NCBI GenBank assembly: GCA_965261085.1 | Contig: OZ253442.1 | Coordinates: forward strand, 2,176,001 to 2,240,000 | DNA: 64,000 bases | Direction: 5' to 3' | Origin: a bacterium | Lineage (GTDB): Bacteria > UBA8248 | Shown: positions 42,584 to 53,646 of the stretch, in pieces | How positions within the stretch are numbered: position 1 is the first letter of the stretch | How the letters are laid out: the number at the start of each line of letters is the position of its first letter | The notes under the pieces: generated by a model | Told to the model about the DNA's origin: nothing | The model's input: only the letters and a program-made list of their open reading frames with translations | Databases searched by the model: none | Position numbers and translations under genes: made by a program

Positions 42584-43546
42584 TCAGGGCGTTGTTTTCA
42601 ATCGTTCCCTGAAGTCATCAATTGTGGAGAGGAGGCCCTCCTCCAGAGAAATCGCCGGTTCCCAGCCGAGGTGTTTTTTTGCTTTTTGAATATCGGGTTG
42701 GCGAATTTTCGGGTCGTCGACGGGCAGCGGCTTGTGGTGAATTTCCGAGTCCGCGCCAGCGAGCTCGATGATTTTCCTCGCCAGGTCTAGAATCGTCATC
42801 TCGGAAGGATTCCCGAGGTTGACGGGTTCATGAATTTCGCTATCCATCAACTCGATAAGGCCATCGATGAGATCGGTGATGAAACAAAAACTTCTCGTCT
42901 GCATGCCGTCGCCGAAGACGCTGATGGGTTCATTTTCAATGGCTTGCGAGATAAAAGCGGGTATCGCTCGTCCGTCCGCGATGCGCATTCTCGGGCCGTA
43001 GGTATTGAAAATGCGGGCGATGTGCACGTTGAGGCCATGCGTACGGTTATAGGCCATGGTCATCGCTTCGGAGAATCTTTTGGCTTCATCGTATACCCCG
43101 CGCGGCCCGATGGGGTTCACATGGCCCCAGTATTCTTCGTGCTGCGGGTGAATTTGGGGATCTCCATATACTTCCGAAGTGGAGGCGAGGAGAAATCGCG
43201 CTTTTTTCTCCTTCGCAAGGCCCAAGGCATTATGCGTACCGAGGGAGCCGACCTTTAATGTTTGGATGGGAAATTTCAAATAATCATTCGGGCTGGCCGG
43301 ACTCGCGAGATGAAAAACGGCGTCCACATTTCCTTCGACGTGAATGTGCTCGCTCACGTTGTGCTCGATGAGCGTAAAATTCGGATGCTCGTTTTTGAGC
43401 AGATGTTCGATATTCGGCCGGTTCCCGGTAAGGAAATTGTCAACGCATATGACATCGTTGCCCTGAGCGATGAGTTTGTCGCACAAATAGGAGCCGATAA
43501 AGCCCGCTCCACCCGTTACCACAATGCGAGAGTTTTTTATCGTCAA
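42584..43546 (-). CDS. UDP-glucuronate decarboxylase (SDR)
   Basis: [29 protein letters not shown] and RIFNTYGP motifs. Confidence 0.92.
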   Translation of the reverse strand: MTIKNSRIVVTGGAGFIGSYLCDKLIAQGNDVICVDNFLTGNRPNIEHLLKNEHPNFTLIEHNVSEHIHVEGNVDAVFHLASPASPNDYLKFPIQTLKVGSLGTHNALGLAKEKKARFLLASTSEVYGDPQIHPQHEEYWGHVNPIGPRGVYDEAKRFSEAMTMAYNRTHGLNVHIARIFNTYGPRMRIADGRAIPAFISQAIENEPISVFGDGMQTRSFCFITDLIDGLIELMDSEIHEPVNLGNPSEMTILDLARKIIELAGADSEIHHKPLPVDDPKIRQPDIQKAKKHLGWEPAISLEEGLLSTIDDFRERLKTTP

Positions 43547-44868
43547 GGTTTGGCCGGCGTTTTCCCGATGCTGTAGTATTCAAAACCAGCATCTGTTACT
43601 TGCTCAGAAGAATAGATGTTTCGCCCGTCGAATATAATCGGCTCCATCATCTCTGATTTCAAGCGATTCAGATTCAACTGAATAAATTCACGCCACTCGG
43701 TGACAATAACAATCCCGCTTGCATCTTTCGCGGCCTCGTAAGGGCTTTGGCAGTATTCGATACCGTCATCCCCAATGATTCGTCTGGCGTTTGCGGTGGC
43801 GATTGGGTCGTATGCGCGCAGGCTGGCCCCCGCCTCACGGAGCGCATGACAAATCTCTATGCTTTTGGCTTCTCGCATATCATCCGTATCCGGCTTGAAC
43901 GATAGTCCTAAAACGCCAATGGTTTTTCCTTCGAGCAGCAAGCGATTCTTCGTACCGAGTCTGTCGATAATTATTTGTATGAACCGGGGAACCCGACTCT
44001 CGTTTTCCGCTCTTACGGCTTCTAAAATCTGCATTTCAGCGCCAAGCCTTCTGGAAGCGTGCAACAGGGCATCCACATCTTTTGGGAAGCAGGAACCTCC
44101 ATAGCCCAGCCCTGCCCCTAGAAAGGCAGGACCAATCCGCGAGTCCGCGCCAACCCCCTTGGCGACTTCGCGGATGTCCGCCTGCGTTTGCTCGCAAAGG
44201 TTCGCCACCGCATTGATGAAAGTGATTTTCGTCGCCAAAAACGCGTTCGAGGCGTATTTGATCAACTCGGCGCTTTGCGTGTCCGTGATGATGCAAGGAG
44301 CGTTCAGGGCCTGATATAGAAGCTGAACCGTTTTCGCCGCTTTCTCCGATGATGAGCCGATGACGATGCGATCCGGCTGGAGCGTATCTCGCACCGCTTG
44401 CCCTTCGCGCAGGAATTCCGGATTACAGACCACGTCGAAATCTGTCGGAGCGACGCCATTTTTTTCAATGACGTCTCGAACGAAATCCCCCGTACCGACG
44501 GGCACGGTGCTTTTGTTCACGATGATCTTGTAATCCTGTATCGCGCGGGCGATGTCCGTCGCCGCTGCCTCCACTTGCGAGAGGTCGGTTCCACCATCCT
44601 CAGCGGGTGGGGTGCCCACACAGATGAAAACGATCTCACTTTTCGAAACGGCTTGAACTATAGAAGTTATGAACTTGAGTCTGCCTTCTTTGAGGTTGCG
44701 CTCCAGCAATTCCGGCAGCCTGGGTTCATGGATCGGGCAGCCGCCTGCGTTCAAGGTATCCACGCGATTTTGGTCAATATCCACGCCGATGACATCGTTG
44801 CCCAAATCAGCGAATATGGCCCCTGTGACCAATCCGACATATCCACAACCGATAACGCAAATGTTCAC
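43543..44868 (-). CDS. ugd: UDP-glucose 6-dehydrogenase
   Basis: [28 protein letters not shown] and FKPDTDD motifs. Confidence 0.93.
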   Translation of the reverse strand: MNICVIGCGYVGLVTGAIFADLGNDVIGVDIDQNRVDTLNAGGCPIHEPRLPELLERNLKEGRLKFITSIVQAVSKSEIVFICVGTPPAEDGGTDLSQVEAAATDIARAIQDYKIIVNKSTVPVGTGDFVRDVIEKNGVAPTDFDVVCNPEFLREGQAVRDTLQPDRIVIGSSSEKAAKTVQLLYQALNAPCIITDTQSAELIKYASNAFLATKITFINAVANLCEQTQADIREVAKGVGADSRIGPAFLGAGLGYGGSCFPKDVDALLHASRRLGAEMQILEAVRAENESRVPRFIQIIIDRLGTKNRLLLEGKTIGVLGLSFKPDTDDMREAKSIEICHALREAGASLRAYDPIATANARRIIGDDGIEYCQSPYEAAKDASGIVIVTEWREFIQLNLNRLKSEMMEPIIFDGRNIYSSEQVTDAGFEYYSIGKTPAKP

Positions 44869-44956
44869 AGAGTCGTCTCATCCTTCCTGAATGGGCAGGT
44901 TGCGCAAATGAACAGGATAGAAACCCCGCGCTATTTTACTCAAAACGCAAAGGCGC

Positions 44957-47206
44957 CTATGTGCCGCTTCCCCAAAATCCACCTTTTTTTAAAACATTTC
45001 GTTTGCCTGTGAAACCCAGTTTTTTCTCGCCTTCAAGCAGACCTATAAGACTGAATCCGAGAAAAACTTCACTTTTATCCTTGGTGTCGGTGAAGGTGAG
45101 TTCCACGCCCCAGCAGCAATCGAGATAGCGCGCCGTGATGCTTTGTTCGAGCGTGGTATTTTCTGTTTTATTCAAGCGTGTGATGTATTCGATAGAAAGA
45201 TTGCGGTTAATGGAGAAGCCTCCGGCAAAATTAAGATAACTACCTTCGGCGCTTTCTGGATAATAGTCTCTTTTGCGCGCCCAGACCCGGTCGATATTGA
45301 GATACCAATTCTTCCCGCCATCGAGAAAAACACCCGTGGAGTGTTCGCTTATTTCCAAATCATAGGGGTCGTATTTGAATTGCTGTAGCAGACGAAGTTT
45401 AGAAAAGGGCTGTGATTCAAGCCTGAAAGTAATGTCGCCAAAAGGACGTTTCGGCTTCGTATCTAGCTCTTCATTCCTTCGTGCTTCGGCGACATCATAC
45501 GTCTGGCTGATTCGATAGCGAAATAACTGTTTCGTCTGAAGCCCTTCCGTTGCGGCCATTTTTGTCAGCACACGGTTAATGAGGGCGTATTCAATGGCGT
45601 GTTCATCCTGAAGGGCATCCACAGGATCCAGGGGTATGATCATGCGCCTGTCTTGCGCGTCGTTGTCCGGGCTGTATCTATACGTCGCTTCAAACGACAG
45701 GATGTGCTTGAAATCTTGGAAAGGGCCGAGGTCGCCTTGATAGATTTTGCTGTATCGCGGGCCAATCGCATGAAGCTTCGCAAACCACATTTCACGTGAC
45801 AGGCCGGATTCGACGTGTTGCGTGTAATCGGGGTTTGAAGCCACGCCTGGATCTGTTTTTTGATGCGTCCAGTGGGTTCTTCGGAATCCGATTTCAGGTG
45901 TTAAGCTAAGCCAGGGAGCGGTCTGCAAGCGAAGCGATAGTGATGGTTCCAGGTGAAACCGGCTCAATCGAAGCGTATTTTCGTCTTCGGTTTTTCTGAA
46001 ATTGATCCAGGAGGAATCCATGTTAAAGTACAAATCACTCGTTCCCAGCCGCTTGCTCTGGATGTCCAGGCTGATTTCCGGGGCTTTCTGAAATAGCTGC
46101 CCATCGTTTTCGCCCAATCCTTCGCGTCGTCTCATTCCCACCTGAAGCTGTCCGGCAATCTTGGGTAAATTTTGTGTGAAAGTGACATGGGTGTCCGTGT
46201 CCTGTCGCGTGCGAGTCAACAAATCACTTTCGAGTGAGCGGTCGTTTGGCGGGCGTTTTTGCAAATCGACCACGGCGTGTAAGTTAGCGCCGCTCTCCTT
46301 GAAATTGCTGTGGTGTGAGCCTTTGACGTCCCAAAAGGTTGCTTGCTCAAGTTTGTCTTTCAAGTAACGACCAGCTATCTGTCCCGATGAATTTTGACTC
46401 GGTGTGTAGCGGTATTCTCCCTTATAGCGGGTGCCGCGCTTGCTGAAATAATCGACACCGAAGGTGGCGTCCGACGAATCGTTGATGGCCCAGAAAAATG
46501 AGGGGGAGAATTGGAAGCCGTTGCGACTGCTCGAGCCGATGCCCGGCAGGAGGAAGCCGGTCGCTCTTTTTGTTTTTATCGGCACCATGGCCCAGGGGAA
46601 AAAAGCCGCCGGCACGCCTTTTACCGTCATGGTCGGGGCTTCGAGTTGAGCATAGCCTTCGATCTGGAAAGTCGCCCGCTCGAAGCCGAAAGCCCAGTCG
46701 GGAAGATCTCCTTCGCATGTGGTGAAAGTGCCTCCCTGAATTTCATACCGGTCTTCGGACAAGCGTCGAATCACTTGTCCCGTCACATAATAAGTGGCGC
46801 CGATGGAGCCGCGCGCGTTGAATACGACCATGCGCTCGGTATCGAGATTGAACTCGATGCGATTGGCTACGATGCGGTCGCTCCCGGTTTGAAAGACGAT
46901 GTTTCCGGTGGCAACGCCATCGCGCGTCGATGTTTGCACCTCGATATGGTCCGCTCGAATATTTTTGCCTAAATACCGAATGTCCGCAGACCCGCGACCG
47001 ATGATGCGCTGTCGTTCCCGATCATCTCGTATCTCATCGGCTGTGATGGCAATGGCGGCTTGGGCTTGCGTGCCACTCTTAGACTGTGCTTGCGGGGAAG
47101 GTGGTGTCCAGAACAGTACGAGGGAGAAAATGATGAATGATGAATATAACGCCTGGGTTTTCAAAAAAGCGAATCTCTGAGTATTCGACACGGAAACTCT
47201 CATCAT
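44957..47206 (-). CDS. lptD: LPS-assembly protein LptD
   Basis: Signal peptide, FTTC..PDW, GFLLP and a beta-barrel ending in CCW...F.LIG. Confidence 0.85.
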   Translation of the reverse strand: MMRVSVSNTQRFAFLKTQALYSSFIIFSLVLFWTPPSPQAQSKSGTQAQAAIAITADEIRDDRERQRIIGRGSADIRYLGKNIRADHIEVQTSTRDGVATGNIVFQTGSDRIVANRIEFNLDTERMVVFNARGSIGATYYVTGQVIRRLSEDRYEIQGGTFTTCEGDLPDWAFGFERATFQIEGYAQLEAPTMTVKGVPAAFFPWAMVPIKTKRATGFLLPGIGSSSRNGFQFSPSFFWAINDSSDATFGVDYFSKRGTRYKGEYRYTPSQNSSGQIAGRYLKDKLEQATFWDVKGSHHSNFKESGANLHAVVDLQKRPPNDRSLESDLLTRTRQDTDTHVTFTQNLPKIAGQLQVGMRRREGLGENDGQLFQKAPEISLDIQSKRLGTSDLYFNMDSSWINFRKTEDENTLRLSRFHLEPSLSLRLQTAPWLSLTPEIGFRRTHWTHQKTDPGVASNPDYTQHVESGLSREMWFAKLHAIGPRYSKIYQGDLGPFQDFKHILSFEATYRYSPDNDAQDRRMIIPLDPVDALQDEHAIEYALINRVLTKMAATEGLQTKQLFRYRISQTYDVAEARRNEELDTKPKRPFGDITFRLESQPFSKLRLLQQFKYDPYDLEISEHSTGVFLDGGKNWYLNIDRVWARKRDYYPESAEGSYLNFAGGFSINRNLSIEYITRLNKTENTTLEQSITARYLDCCWGVELTFTDTKDKSEVFLGFSLIGLLEGEKKLGFTGKRNVLKKGGFWGSGT

Positions 47207-47318
47207 ATTGATTTGTGAAAAATATCTCTAATTTCAGATGAGCCGAGCTTTTTGAAAACGATTTTTTGAATCGAATGGATTATGAATGCTATTCTATGAG
47301 AGCGCAATCAGGGGAGGA

Positions 47319-48188
47319 TCATGAAGATTCCGAGTGTGTTTCTTCGAGATTTTCTGAGGTTATCTCTCGTTTGGTTCTCCGCCATCTCGTTATCATTCCA
47401 TAGGGGCCGGATGCGGCGTAACCAACAAAGGCCAGACAGGCGACTACCTGAGGAATCGCTGCCGCCACGAACAGGGCCAGCACGGCACCCACGAGGACGC
47501 GGAAAGGCCTTCTGAGAGGGCCGCTTACATCCTTGAAACTCTTGTAGCGAATGGTGCTCACCATCAGGAATGCCAGAACATAGCTGAGGGCCGCAAGGAG
47601 GATGAGGGGGAGATGGGCCTTGATCGAAAAATCTTCAACCAAATATACGATAGATGCCAAAACACCTGCTGCCCCGGGTATCGGCAGTCCTCGGAAATCC
47701 AGAGAACCGCTACCCGCTTGCGCCAGCACATTGAAGCGCGCCAGCCTCAAGGCGCCGCAAGCGGCGAATATAAATGTGGCTAGCCAGCCGATTCTTCCAT
47801 AGGGGGCGAGAAGCCAGGTATATATCAGAATGGCCGGTGCGATGCCGAAAGCCGTCAGGTCGCATAGCGAGTCGTATTGAAGACCAAAAGCGCTTGTGCT
47901 TTTCGTCAACCGGGCTACTGTGCCGTCGAGCCCATCTAAAACGATGGCCAACAATATTGCCAAGGAAGCCCAGGTGAAGTTTCCCTGGATGGAAGCGACG
48001 ATCGCATAGAAACCAGCAAAAAGACTGCCTGTCGTCAGCAGATTGGGAACCAGATATATCCCTCGCTGAAAAGAACGCCTTCCGGAGCGGCGCCTTCTCC
48101 TGCGTGAACGACGACCAAATTTATTCCGTGACTGTCTGGTTGTTTGCTCGTCCAACGATGGTCTCTCCTCCGCGAACACGTTGTCCAT
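47319..48188 (-). CDS. pssA: CDP-diacylglycerol--serine O-phosphatidyltransferase
   Basis: PNLLT, DGLDG.VAR, DSLCD, RLARFN and GLPIP motifs. Start uncertain (overlaps psd). Confidence 0.92.
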   Translation of the reverse strand: MDNVFAEERPSLDEQTTRQSRNKFGRRSRRRRRRSGRRSFQRGIYLVPNLLTTGSLFAGFYAIVASIQGNFTWASLAILLAIVLDGLDGTVARLTKSTSAFGLQYDSLCDLTAFGIAPAILIYTWLLAPYGRIGWLATFIFAACGALRLARFNVLAQAGSGSLDFRGLPIPGAAGVLASIVYLVEDFSIKAHLPLILLAALSYVLAFLMVSTIRYKSFKDVSGPLRRPFRVLVGAVLALFVAAAIPQVVACLAFVGYAASGPYGMITRWRRTKREITSENLEETHSESS

Positions 48189-48777
48189 ATTCTACGGATA
48201 TATCATATCCTTCCGGAAAATATAGATCCGTTCTCGATCCGAACTGAATCAGCCCAAAGCGTTCTCCCGCGCTTATGGTATCACCCGCCTTGGACCAGCA
48301 GACAATCCGTCGGGCCAGGACGCCGGCGATTTGTATGACTCTGAAATTATCGCCTGTGTTCGTCTCGATTTCCAGGGCGTTTTGCTCATTGCTGTTTGAG
48401 GCGTTTTCCTTATAGGCGGCCAGGAAGCGGCCTTTTTTATAATGGATACTTGAAATTTTCCCTCCCACGGGCGATCGGTTGATATGAACGTCCAGGGGAG
48501 AAAGAAAAATCCGGACCACACTTCCTCCATCCTCGGTGGAAGTGACCTCTACGACCCGCCCATCTGCCGGGGATATGACGACGCCCGGCTCGTCAGGCGG
48601 GGTGCGATGGGGGTCTCTGAAAAAACCGGCTACTGCCGCGGCCAGCAGAAAAAAAAGAATCGCCCACATCCATCCTCCGAAGAGGATCGAGATGAGGCCA
48701 ATGGCCGATAAACCCGAAACAAAGCCCCAGCCCTCTCTCGCAACAAATGGTCTGCTGGAGCGGGCTCTTTTACTCAT
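48121..48777 (-). CDS. psd: Phosphatidylserine decarboxylase
   Basis: FFRDP, SPADG, DVHINRSP and FGS autocleavage motifs. Confidence 0.93.
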   Translation of the reverse strand: MSKRARSSRPFVAREGWGFVSGLSAIGLISILFGGWMWAILFFLLAAAVAGFFRDPHRTPPDEPGVVISPADGRVVEVTSTEDGGSVVRIFLSPLDVHINRSPVGGKISSIHYKKGRFLAAYKENASNSNEQNALEIETNTGDNFRVIQIAGVLARRIVCWSKAGDTISAGERFGLIQFGSRTDLYFPEGYDISVEYGQRVRGGETIVGRANNQTVTE

Positions 48778-48780
48778 GGG

Positions 48781-49314
48781 TTAATTTTTGGCGCCCTTAA
48801 GGGTTTTGGCCCCGCGGGTGAGTGCGACTTTGCCTGTGCGGGCGATCTCTTTGATGCCGAATGGTTGGAGCAAATTCAAAATGGCGTGGATTTTACCCTC
48901 ATCGCCTGTGACTTCAACGGTTATGGTATCCGTGGACACGTCGACGACACGGCCTCGGAAAACGTCGATGATTTGAAAAATCTCCGGCCGCGCGGCTTTC
49001 GGCGCCGAAATCTTGATGAGAATCATCTCTCGTTCGACGCTGTCCGTCTCGCTCATATCCATCACCTTGAAGGTGTCGATGAGCCTGCCGAGGTGTTTTC
49101 TGATCTGCTCGAGAATTTTTTCGTCTCCGCGCGTAACGAGAGTGATTCGGGATACGCTCGGGTCTTGCGTCACCCCCACGCAAAGGCTGTCGATGTTGTA
49201 GCCGCGGGCGCTGAACAGGCTCGCCACCTTGGCGAGGACGCCGAATTTGTTTTCCACCAAAACCGCTATCGTATGTGTGTCATCCTTGGTGTTCTTGTTG
49301 GAATTTCTGGGCAT
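48781..49314 (-). CDS. ilvN: Acetolactate synthase small subunit (copy 2)
   Basis: LVENKFGVL, RGYNIDSL and EIARTG motifs. Confidence 0.93.
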   Translation of the reverse strand: MPRNSNKNTKDDTHTIAVLVENKFGVLAKVASLFSARGYNIDSLCVGVTQDPSVSRITLVTRGDEKILEQIRKHLGRLIDTFKVMDMSETDSVEREMILIKISAPKAARPEIFQIIDVFRGRVVDVSTDTITVEVTGDEGKIHAILNLLQPFGIKEIARTGKVALTRGAKTLKGAKN

Positions 49315-49817
49315 TATGCAATGGGCTCCCAGTCGTCGGGCATGCCGTCATAGGGTAGCGAAATCATTCCCGTGCGCGCCATTTGAGAAATTCCGTAGCC
49401 CTTGAATGCCTTAAGGAGAGTTCTGACCTTATGGTCATTGCCGCTCGCTTCGAGCGTCACCGTATCGTCGGTCATGTTGATCACCTGAGCGCCGAAGGCG
49501 TTGGCGAGTTGGATGATTTCACTTCTTCTGTTAATGGGCGCTTTGATTGTCGCGAGAATGAGTTCGCGCGTGACGGACTGGTTATAAGAGATTTGCTCGA
49601 CTTCTCGCACGTCGTAGAGTTTGCGGAGTTGTTTGGCGATCTGGTCGAGTTCGTTTTCCTCGCCGATGGCGACGATGACGATGCGCGTTATCGTGGCATC
49701 CTCCGTCGGTCCGGCGGCGATGCTTTCGATGTTGTATCCACGGCGCGTAAAAAGGCCCGCCACATGCGAAAGCACACCTGCGTGGTTGTTGACGAGAATA
49801 GAGTAAACCTGTCTCAT
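49314..49817 (-). CDS. ilvN: Acetolactate synthase small subunit (copy 1)
   Basis: LVNNHAGVL, RRGYNIESI and ARTG motifs. Confidence 0.92.
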   Translation of the reverse strand: MRQVYSILVNNHAGVLSHVAGLFTRRGYNIESIAAGPTEDATITRIVIVAIGEENELDQIAKQLRKLYDVREVEQISYNQSVTRELILATIKAPINRRSEIIQLANAFGAQVINMTDDTVTLEASGNDHKVRTLLKAFKGYGISQMARTGMISLPYDGMPDDWEPIA

Positions 49818-51508
49818 GATTTGGCTTCCCTGGAGGGGGGTGCGAGTTGCATCTCATCGTTTCCGGCGCCGGCCGGAACCATGGGCCAGACGTTTTCCTC
49901 TTGATTCACCATGAAATTCAACACAACAGGCCCATCGTGTTCGGTTGCTGTTTCCAGAGAATTTCGTACTTCGTTCACGTCGGTGACGTTGATGCCCTTT
50001 ACGCCATAGCCCTCTGCGATGGCGGCGAAATCGGGATTTTCCGGGTAATGCGAGTGCGAATAGCGTTTCTCGAAGAACAATTCCTGCCACTGGCGGACCA
50101 TTCCCAAGTAAGCATTGTTCAGGATGGCGACCTTCACGGGAACGTTATAGGTTGCCGCCGTGGCGAGTTCGACGAGTGTCATCGCAAAGCTGCCGTCGCC
50201 GTCAATGAGCCAAACGTCTTTCTCCGGGCGGGCGAATTTCGCGCCGATGGCGGCGGGAAGACCGAAGCCCATCGTGCCGAGACCGCCGGAAGTCACCCAG
50301 GTTTTGGGATCGTTGAAGCGGATGAACTGCGCAGCCCACATTTGATGTTGCCCCACGCCAGTCACATAAATGCCGTTGCCTTCGGTGATTTCCTGAATCT
50401 GATCGATCACGTATTGGGGCTTGATGGAGCCGTCCCAGTCGTATTGAAGGGGATAGTTCTCCTTCCAATCCGTCCAGGTCTGCCGCCACTCATCGTAATC
50501 TCCAGGCACTAAACGCTCATTGAGCGCGATCAGCACGTCCCGCACGTTCCCGAGAATCGGAATGTGCGCGTGCACCCGCTTGTCGATCTCGGCGTCGTCG
50601 ATGTCGACGTGCGCGATGGTTGCCTTAGGGCAAAAGCTCGATACCTTGCCCGTCACGCGGTCGTCGAAGCGGGCGCCTAGATTGATGAGCAGATCACATT
50701 CACAAAGAGCAAAGTTCGCGTAGGCCGTGCCGTGCATCCCCGGCATGCCGAGGAAGAGATCGTCCGTTCCGGGGAAACCCCCGAGTCCCAGCAACGTATT
50801 GATAACCGGGATACCCGCCGCTTTTGCGAATTTCGCGAGTTCTGTGGACGCCCCGGATTTGATTATGCCGGCGCCGCCAATGATGACAGGTCGCTCGGCC
50901 CGCTCTATGGCTTCGAGTAGTTTGTCGATTCCTTCGGTATCGAGTTCGGGATATTCCCTGAGAGCCGGAAGAGGGGATTCAGCGGATTCTCGCGGCGTGT
51001 ATTCCGTTTTGGTGATTTGGATGTCTTTGGGAAAATCGATCAGGACGGGGCCGGGTCGACCCGTCGTCGCCACGCGAATCGCTTCCCGCGTAACGTGTTG
51101 AATTTCATTAACATCCTTTATGAGCCAGTTGAATTTGGTGACCGGAATGGAGCAGCCGTACATATCGGCTTCCTGAAAGGCGTCGGTCCCTATCATATTG
51201 GTCGCGACTTGTCCTGTAATGGCGATGAGCGGCACGGAATCCATCTGGGCGTTTGCGAGCCCGGTGATGAGGTTCGTGGCTCCGGGGCCGGACGTCGTGA
51301 CGACGATGGCGACTTTGCCGCTCACGCGCGCGTACCCGTCCGCCATGTGGGCGGCTCCCTGTTCGTGCCGGGTGAGGATGTGGGGAAATTTCGACTTCAT
51401 CAGTTCATCGTAAAAAGGCATGATGGCGCCGCCCGGGATACCGAAAGCCATCTCGATACCTGCCGCTTTCAACTCTTCAATAAGGATTTGCGAGCCATTG
51501 AGCTCCAC
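49814..51508 (-). CDS. ilvB: Acetolactate synthase large subunit (copy 2)
   Basis: PGGA, RHEQ, TSGPGATN, FDDRVTG, GLGTMG, GDGS and MVRQWQ motifs. Confidence 0.94.
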   Translation of the reverse strand: MELNGSQILIEELKAAGIEMAFGIPGGAIMPFYDELMKSKFPHILTRHEQGAAHMADGYARVSGKVAIVVTTSGPGATNLITGLANAQMDSVPLIAITGQVATNMIGTDAFQEADMYGCSIPVTKFNWLIKDVNEIQHVTREAIRVATTGRPGPVLIDFPKDIQITKTEYTPRESAESPLPALREYPELDTEGIDKLLEAIERAERPVIIGGAGIIKSGASTELAKFAKAAGIPVINTLLGLGGFPGTDDLFLGMPGMHGTAYANFALCECDLLINLGARFDDRVTGKVSSFCPKATIAHVDIDDAEIDKRVHAHIPILGNVRDVLIALNERLVPGDYDEWRQTWTDWKENYPLQYDWDGSIKPQYVIDQIQEITEGNGIYVTGVGQHQMWAAQFIRFNDPKTWVTSGGLGTMGFGLPAAIGAKFARPEKDVWLIDGDGSFAMTLVELATAATYNVPVKVAILNNAYLGMVRQWQELFFEKRYSHSHYPENPDFAAIAEGYGVKGINVTDVNEVRNSLETATEHDGPVVLNFMVNQEENVWPMVPAGAGNDEMQLAPPSREAKS

Positions 51509-51520
51509 GGATGAAACCTC

Positions 51521-53305
51521 CTAGTTATCAGGCAAGGCGCTGAGCTTGCCTTGAAGAATCTTTTTTCGACTATCCCGAACGATCATGTCTTTCGTTGCAC
51601 CACCTGCGGGCACCATCGGGAACACCAATTCATCAGGGTCGACGATCACGTCCAAAATATAGGGTCCCGGCGTGGAAATCATTTCCTGAATGGCGGGCCG
51701 GATTTCTTCTTTGTCCACAATGCGTCGGCCACTGGCGCCGAATGCTTCCGCGATCTTGACGTAATCGGGTGAGCATTCGAAATCGACTTCGCTGAATCGC
51801 CGGTCCATGAACAAGTCCTGCCATTGACGAACCATTCCCAGCGTGCCGTTGTTGAGCAAAAATACTTTTACGGGAATGCCGTATTGAACGGCTGTGGCGA
51901 TTTCTTGCATCACCATCTGAAAACTGCCGTCTCCCGCAATGTCGATGGCCAACTTATCCGGTCTCGCCAGCGCTGCGCCGATGGCTGCGGGAAAGCCAAA
52001 ACCCATCGTTCCGAGGCCACCGGATGAGATGAACTGGCGCGGGAAAGTGAAATTATAAAATTGAGCGGCCCACATCTGGTGTTGTCCCACTTCGGTGGTG
52101 ATGATCGCCTTATCGCCGACTTCCTCACTCAGAGCAACAATGGCCTCTTGTGGCTTGATCGGCGAACCCTCGGGGGAATCGAACGTGAGCGGGTATTCTG
52201 CTCTCAGGTTTTGGATCCGCTTTTTCCACAAAGGACGCGTCTGAGGTTCGATGAGTTTGTTGACTTCAACGAGCACCTGACGGGCGTCGCCGACAACCGG
52301 TATATCCGCCGTCTTGTTTTTTCCGATGGCGGTGGGATCTATGTCGATATGGATGATTTTCGCCCGGGTAGCGAATTCCGAGACCTTTCCGGTGACGCGA
52401 TCGTCGAACCTCGCGCCCACAGCGATGAGCAGGTCACACTCCATAGTCGCATAGTTGGCGTATGCCGTTCCGTGCATGCCGAGCATACCCAATGAGAGTT
52501 CATGGGCGCTTGGGAAAGCTCCTGCTCCCAAAAGAGTATAGGTGACCGGAATTTCAGCCGTTTCCGCGAGTTTTACGATCTCGGGATGCGCTTCCGCGTG
52601 AATGGCGCCACCACCCACGTAGAGCAAGGGCTGTTTGGATTTCTCGATGGCTTCGGCCACGCGTTGAATTTGCCTGGGATGGCCTTTGGTCGTGGGCTTG
52701 TAGCCGCGGAGTTCCACTTTGTCTGGAAGCTGGTAGTTCCCATCGCCGAGGAGGACGTCTTTGGGCAGATCGACCAGGACCGGACCAGGCCTTCCCGTGC
52801 GCGCAATGTAGAAAGCCTCTTGTATGGTTTGAGCAAGATCATCTGTGCTTTTCACCAGATAGTTGTGCTTGGTGATGGTTCTGGTCATGCCGACGATGTC
52901 GGCTTCCTGGAAGGCGTCGTTACCCACCATCGAAGTGGCGACTTGGCCTGTGAAGCATACGATGGGGATAGAATCCATGTAGGCATCCGTGATGCCCGTG
53001 ATGAGGTTGGTAGCGCCTGGCCCGGAGGTGGTGAGACATACGCCAACCTCGCCGCTGGCGCGTGCGTAGCCCTCCGCCATGTGCGCGGCGCACTGCTCGT
53101 GCCGGATGAGCAAGTGCTTGATTTTACTTCTTTTAAGGAATAGGTCCAGGACCGTAAGAAGTATGGCGCCCGGGTGTCCGAAAACGTACTTCACACCCTC
53201 GCGCTCAAGACTTCGGTAGACAATCTCAGCGCCTGAGATTTTCTGCGGTTTCAGTTTAGTGGGTTGTTTTGCGGTTTGGCTTTTCGCCTTGGTCACCACG
53301 GCCAT
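51521..53305 (-). CDS. ilvB: Acetolactate synthase large subunit (copy 1)
   Basis: RHEQ, TSGPGATN, AFQE, FDDRVTG, GQHQMW, GDGS and MVRQWQ motifs. Confidence 0.94.
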   Translation of the reverse strand: MAVVTKAKSQTAKQPTKLKPQKISGAEIVYRSLEREGVKYVFGHPGAILLTVLDLFLKRSKIKHLLIRHEQCAAHMAEGYARASGEVGVCLTTSGPGATNLITGITDAYMDSIPIVCFTGQVATSMVGNDAFQEADIVGMTRTITKHNYLVKSTDDLAQTIQEAFYIARTGRPGPVLVDLPKDVLLGDGNYQLPDKVELRGYKPTTKGHPRQIQRVAEAIEKSKQPLLYVGGGAIHAEAHPEIVKLAETAEIPVTYTLLGAGAFPSAHELSLGMLGMHGTAYANYATMECDLLIAVGARFDDRVTGKVSEFATRAKIIHIDIDPTAIGKNKTADIPVVGDARQVLVEVNKLIEPQTRPLWKKRIQNLRAEYPLTFDSPEGSPIKPQEAIVALSEEVGDKAIITTEVGQHQMWAAQFYNFTFPRQFISSGGLGTMGFGFPAAIGAALARPDKLAIDIAGDGSFQMVMQEIATAVQYGIPVKVFLLNNGTLGMVRQWQDLFMDRRFSEVDFECSPDYVKIAEAFGASGRRIVDKEEIRPAIQEMISTPGPYILDVIVDPDELVFPMVPAGGATKDMIVRDSRKKILQGKLSALPDN

Positions 53306-53646
53306 TTCCTCTCAGCCAGTTGAGCTTATTCTCACTCTGGCAATAAAGTCGATCCGAAAAACGCCGAATGATACCGGCGGGTCGTTAAGAAGAAATCAGG
53401 GGACGGCGCACGAGGGCACACCGCCCCCTTCTTACGCCAGACTCCTTATTCCACAACATCTTTTTCGGACCCATATGGCCGTTTTCCCTATTATCCGTAT
53501 GCCAAAATCCTGAATACATCCCGGGAAATGTTCAATAAATAATCGCCCTGATATTACTGCACCTTTTTCGTCTTGGTCAAGGATGAAAACGTAAAATCAT
53601 TTATTTCAAGGCGCTAGCATATTGTATCGGGCGAAATCCCGATTTT

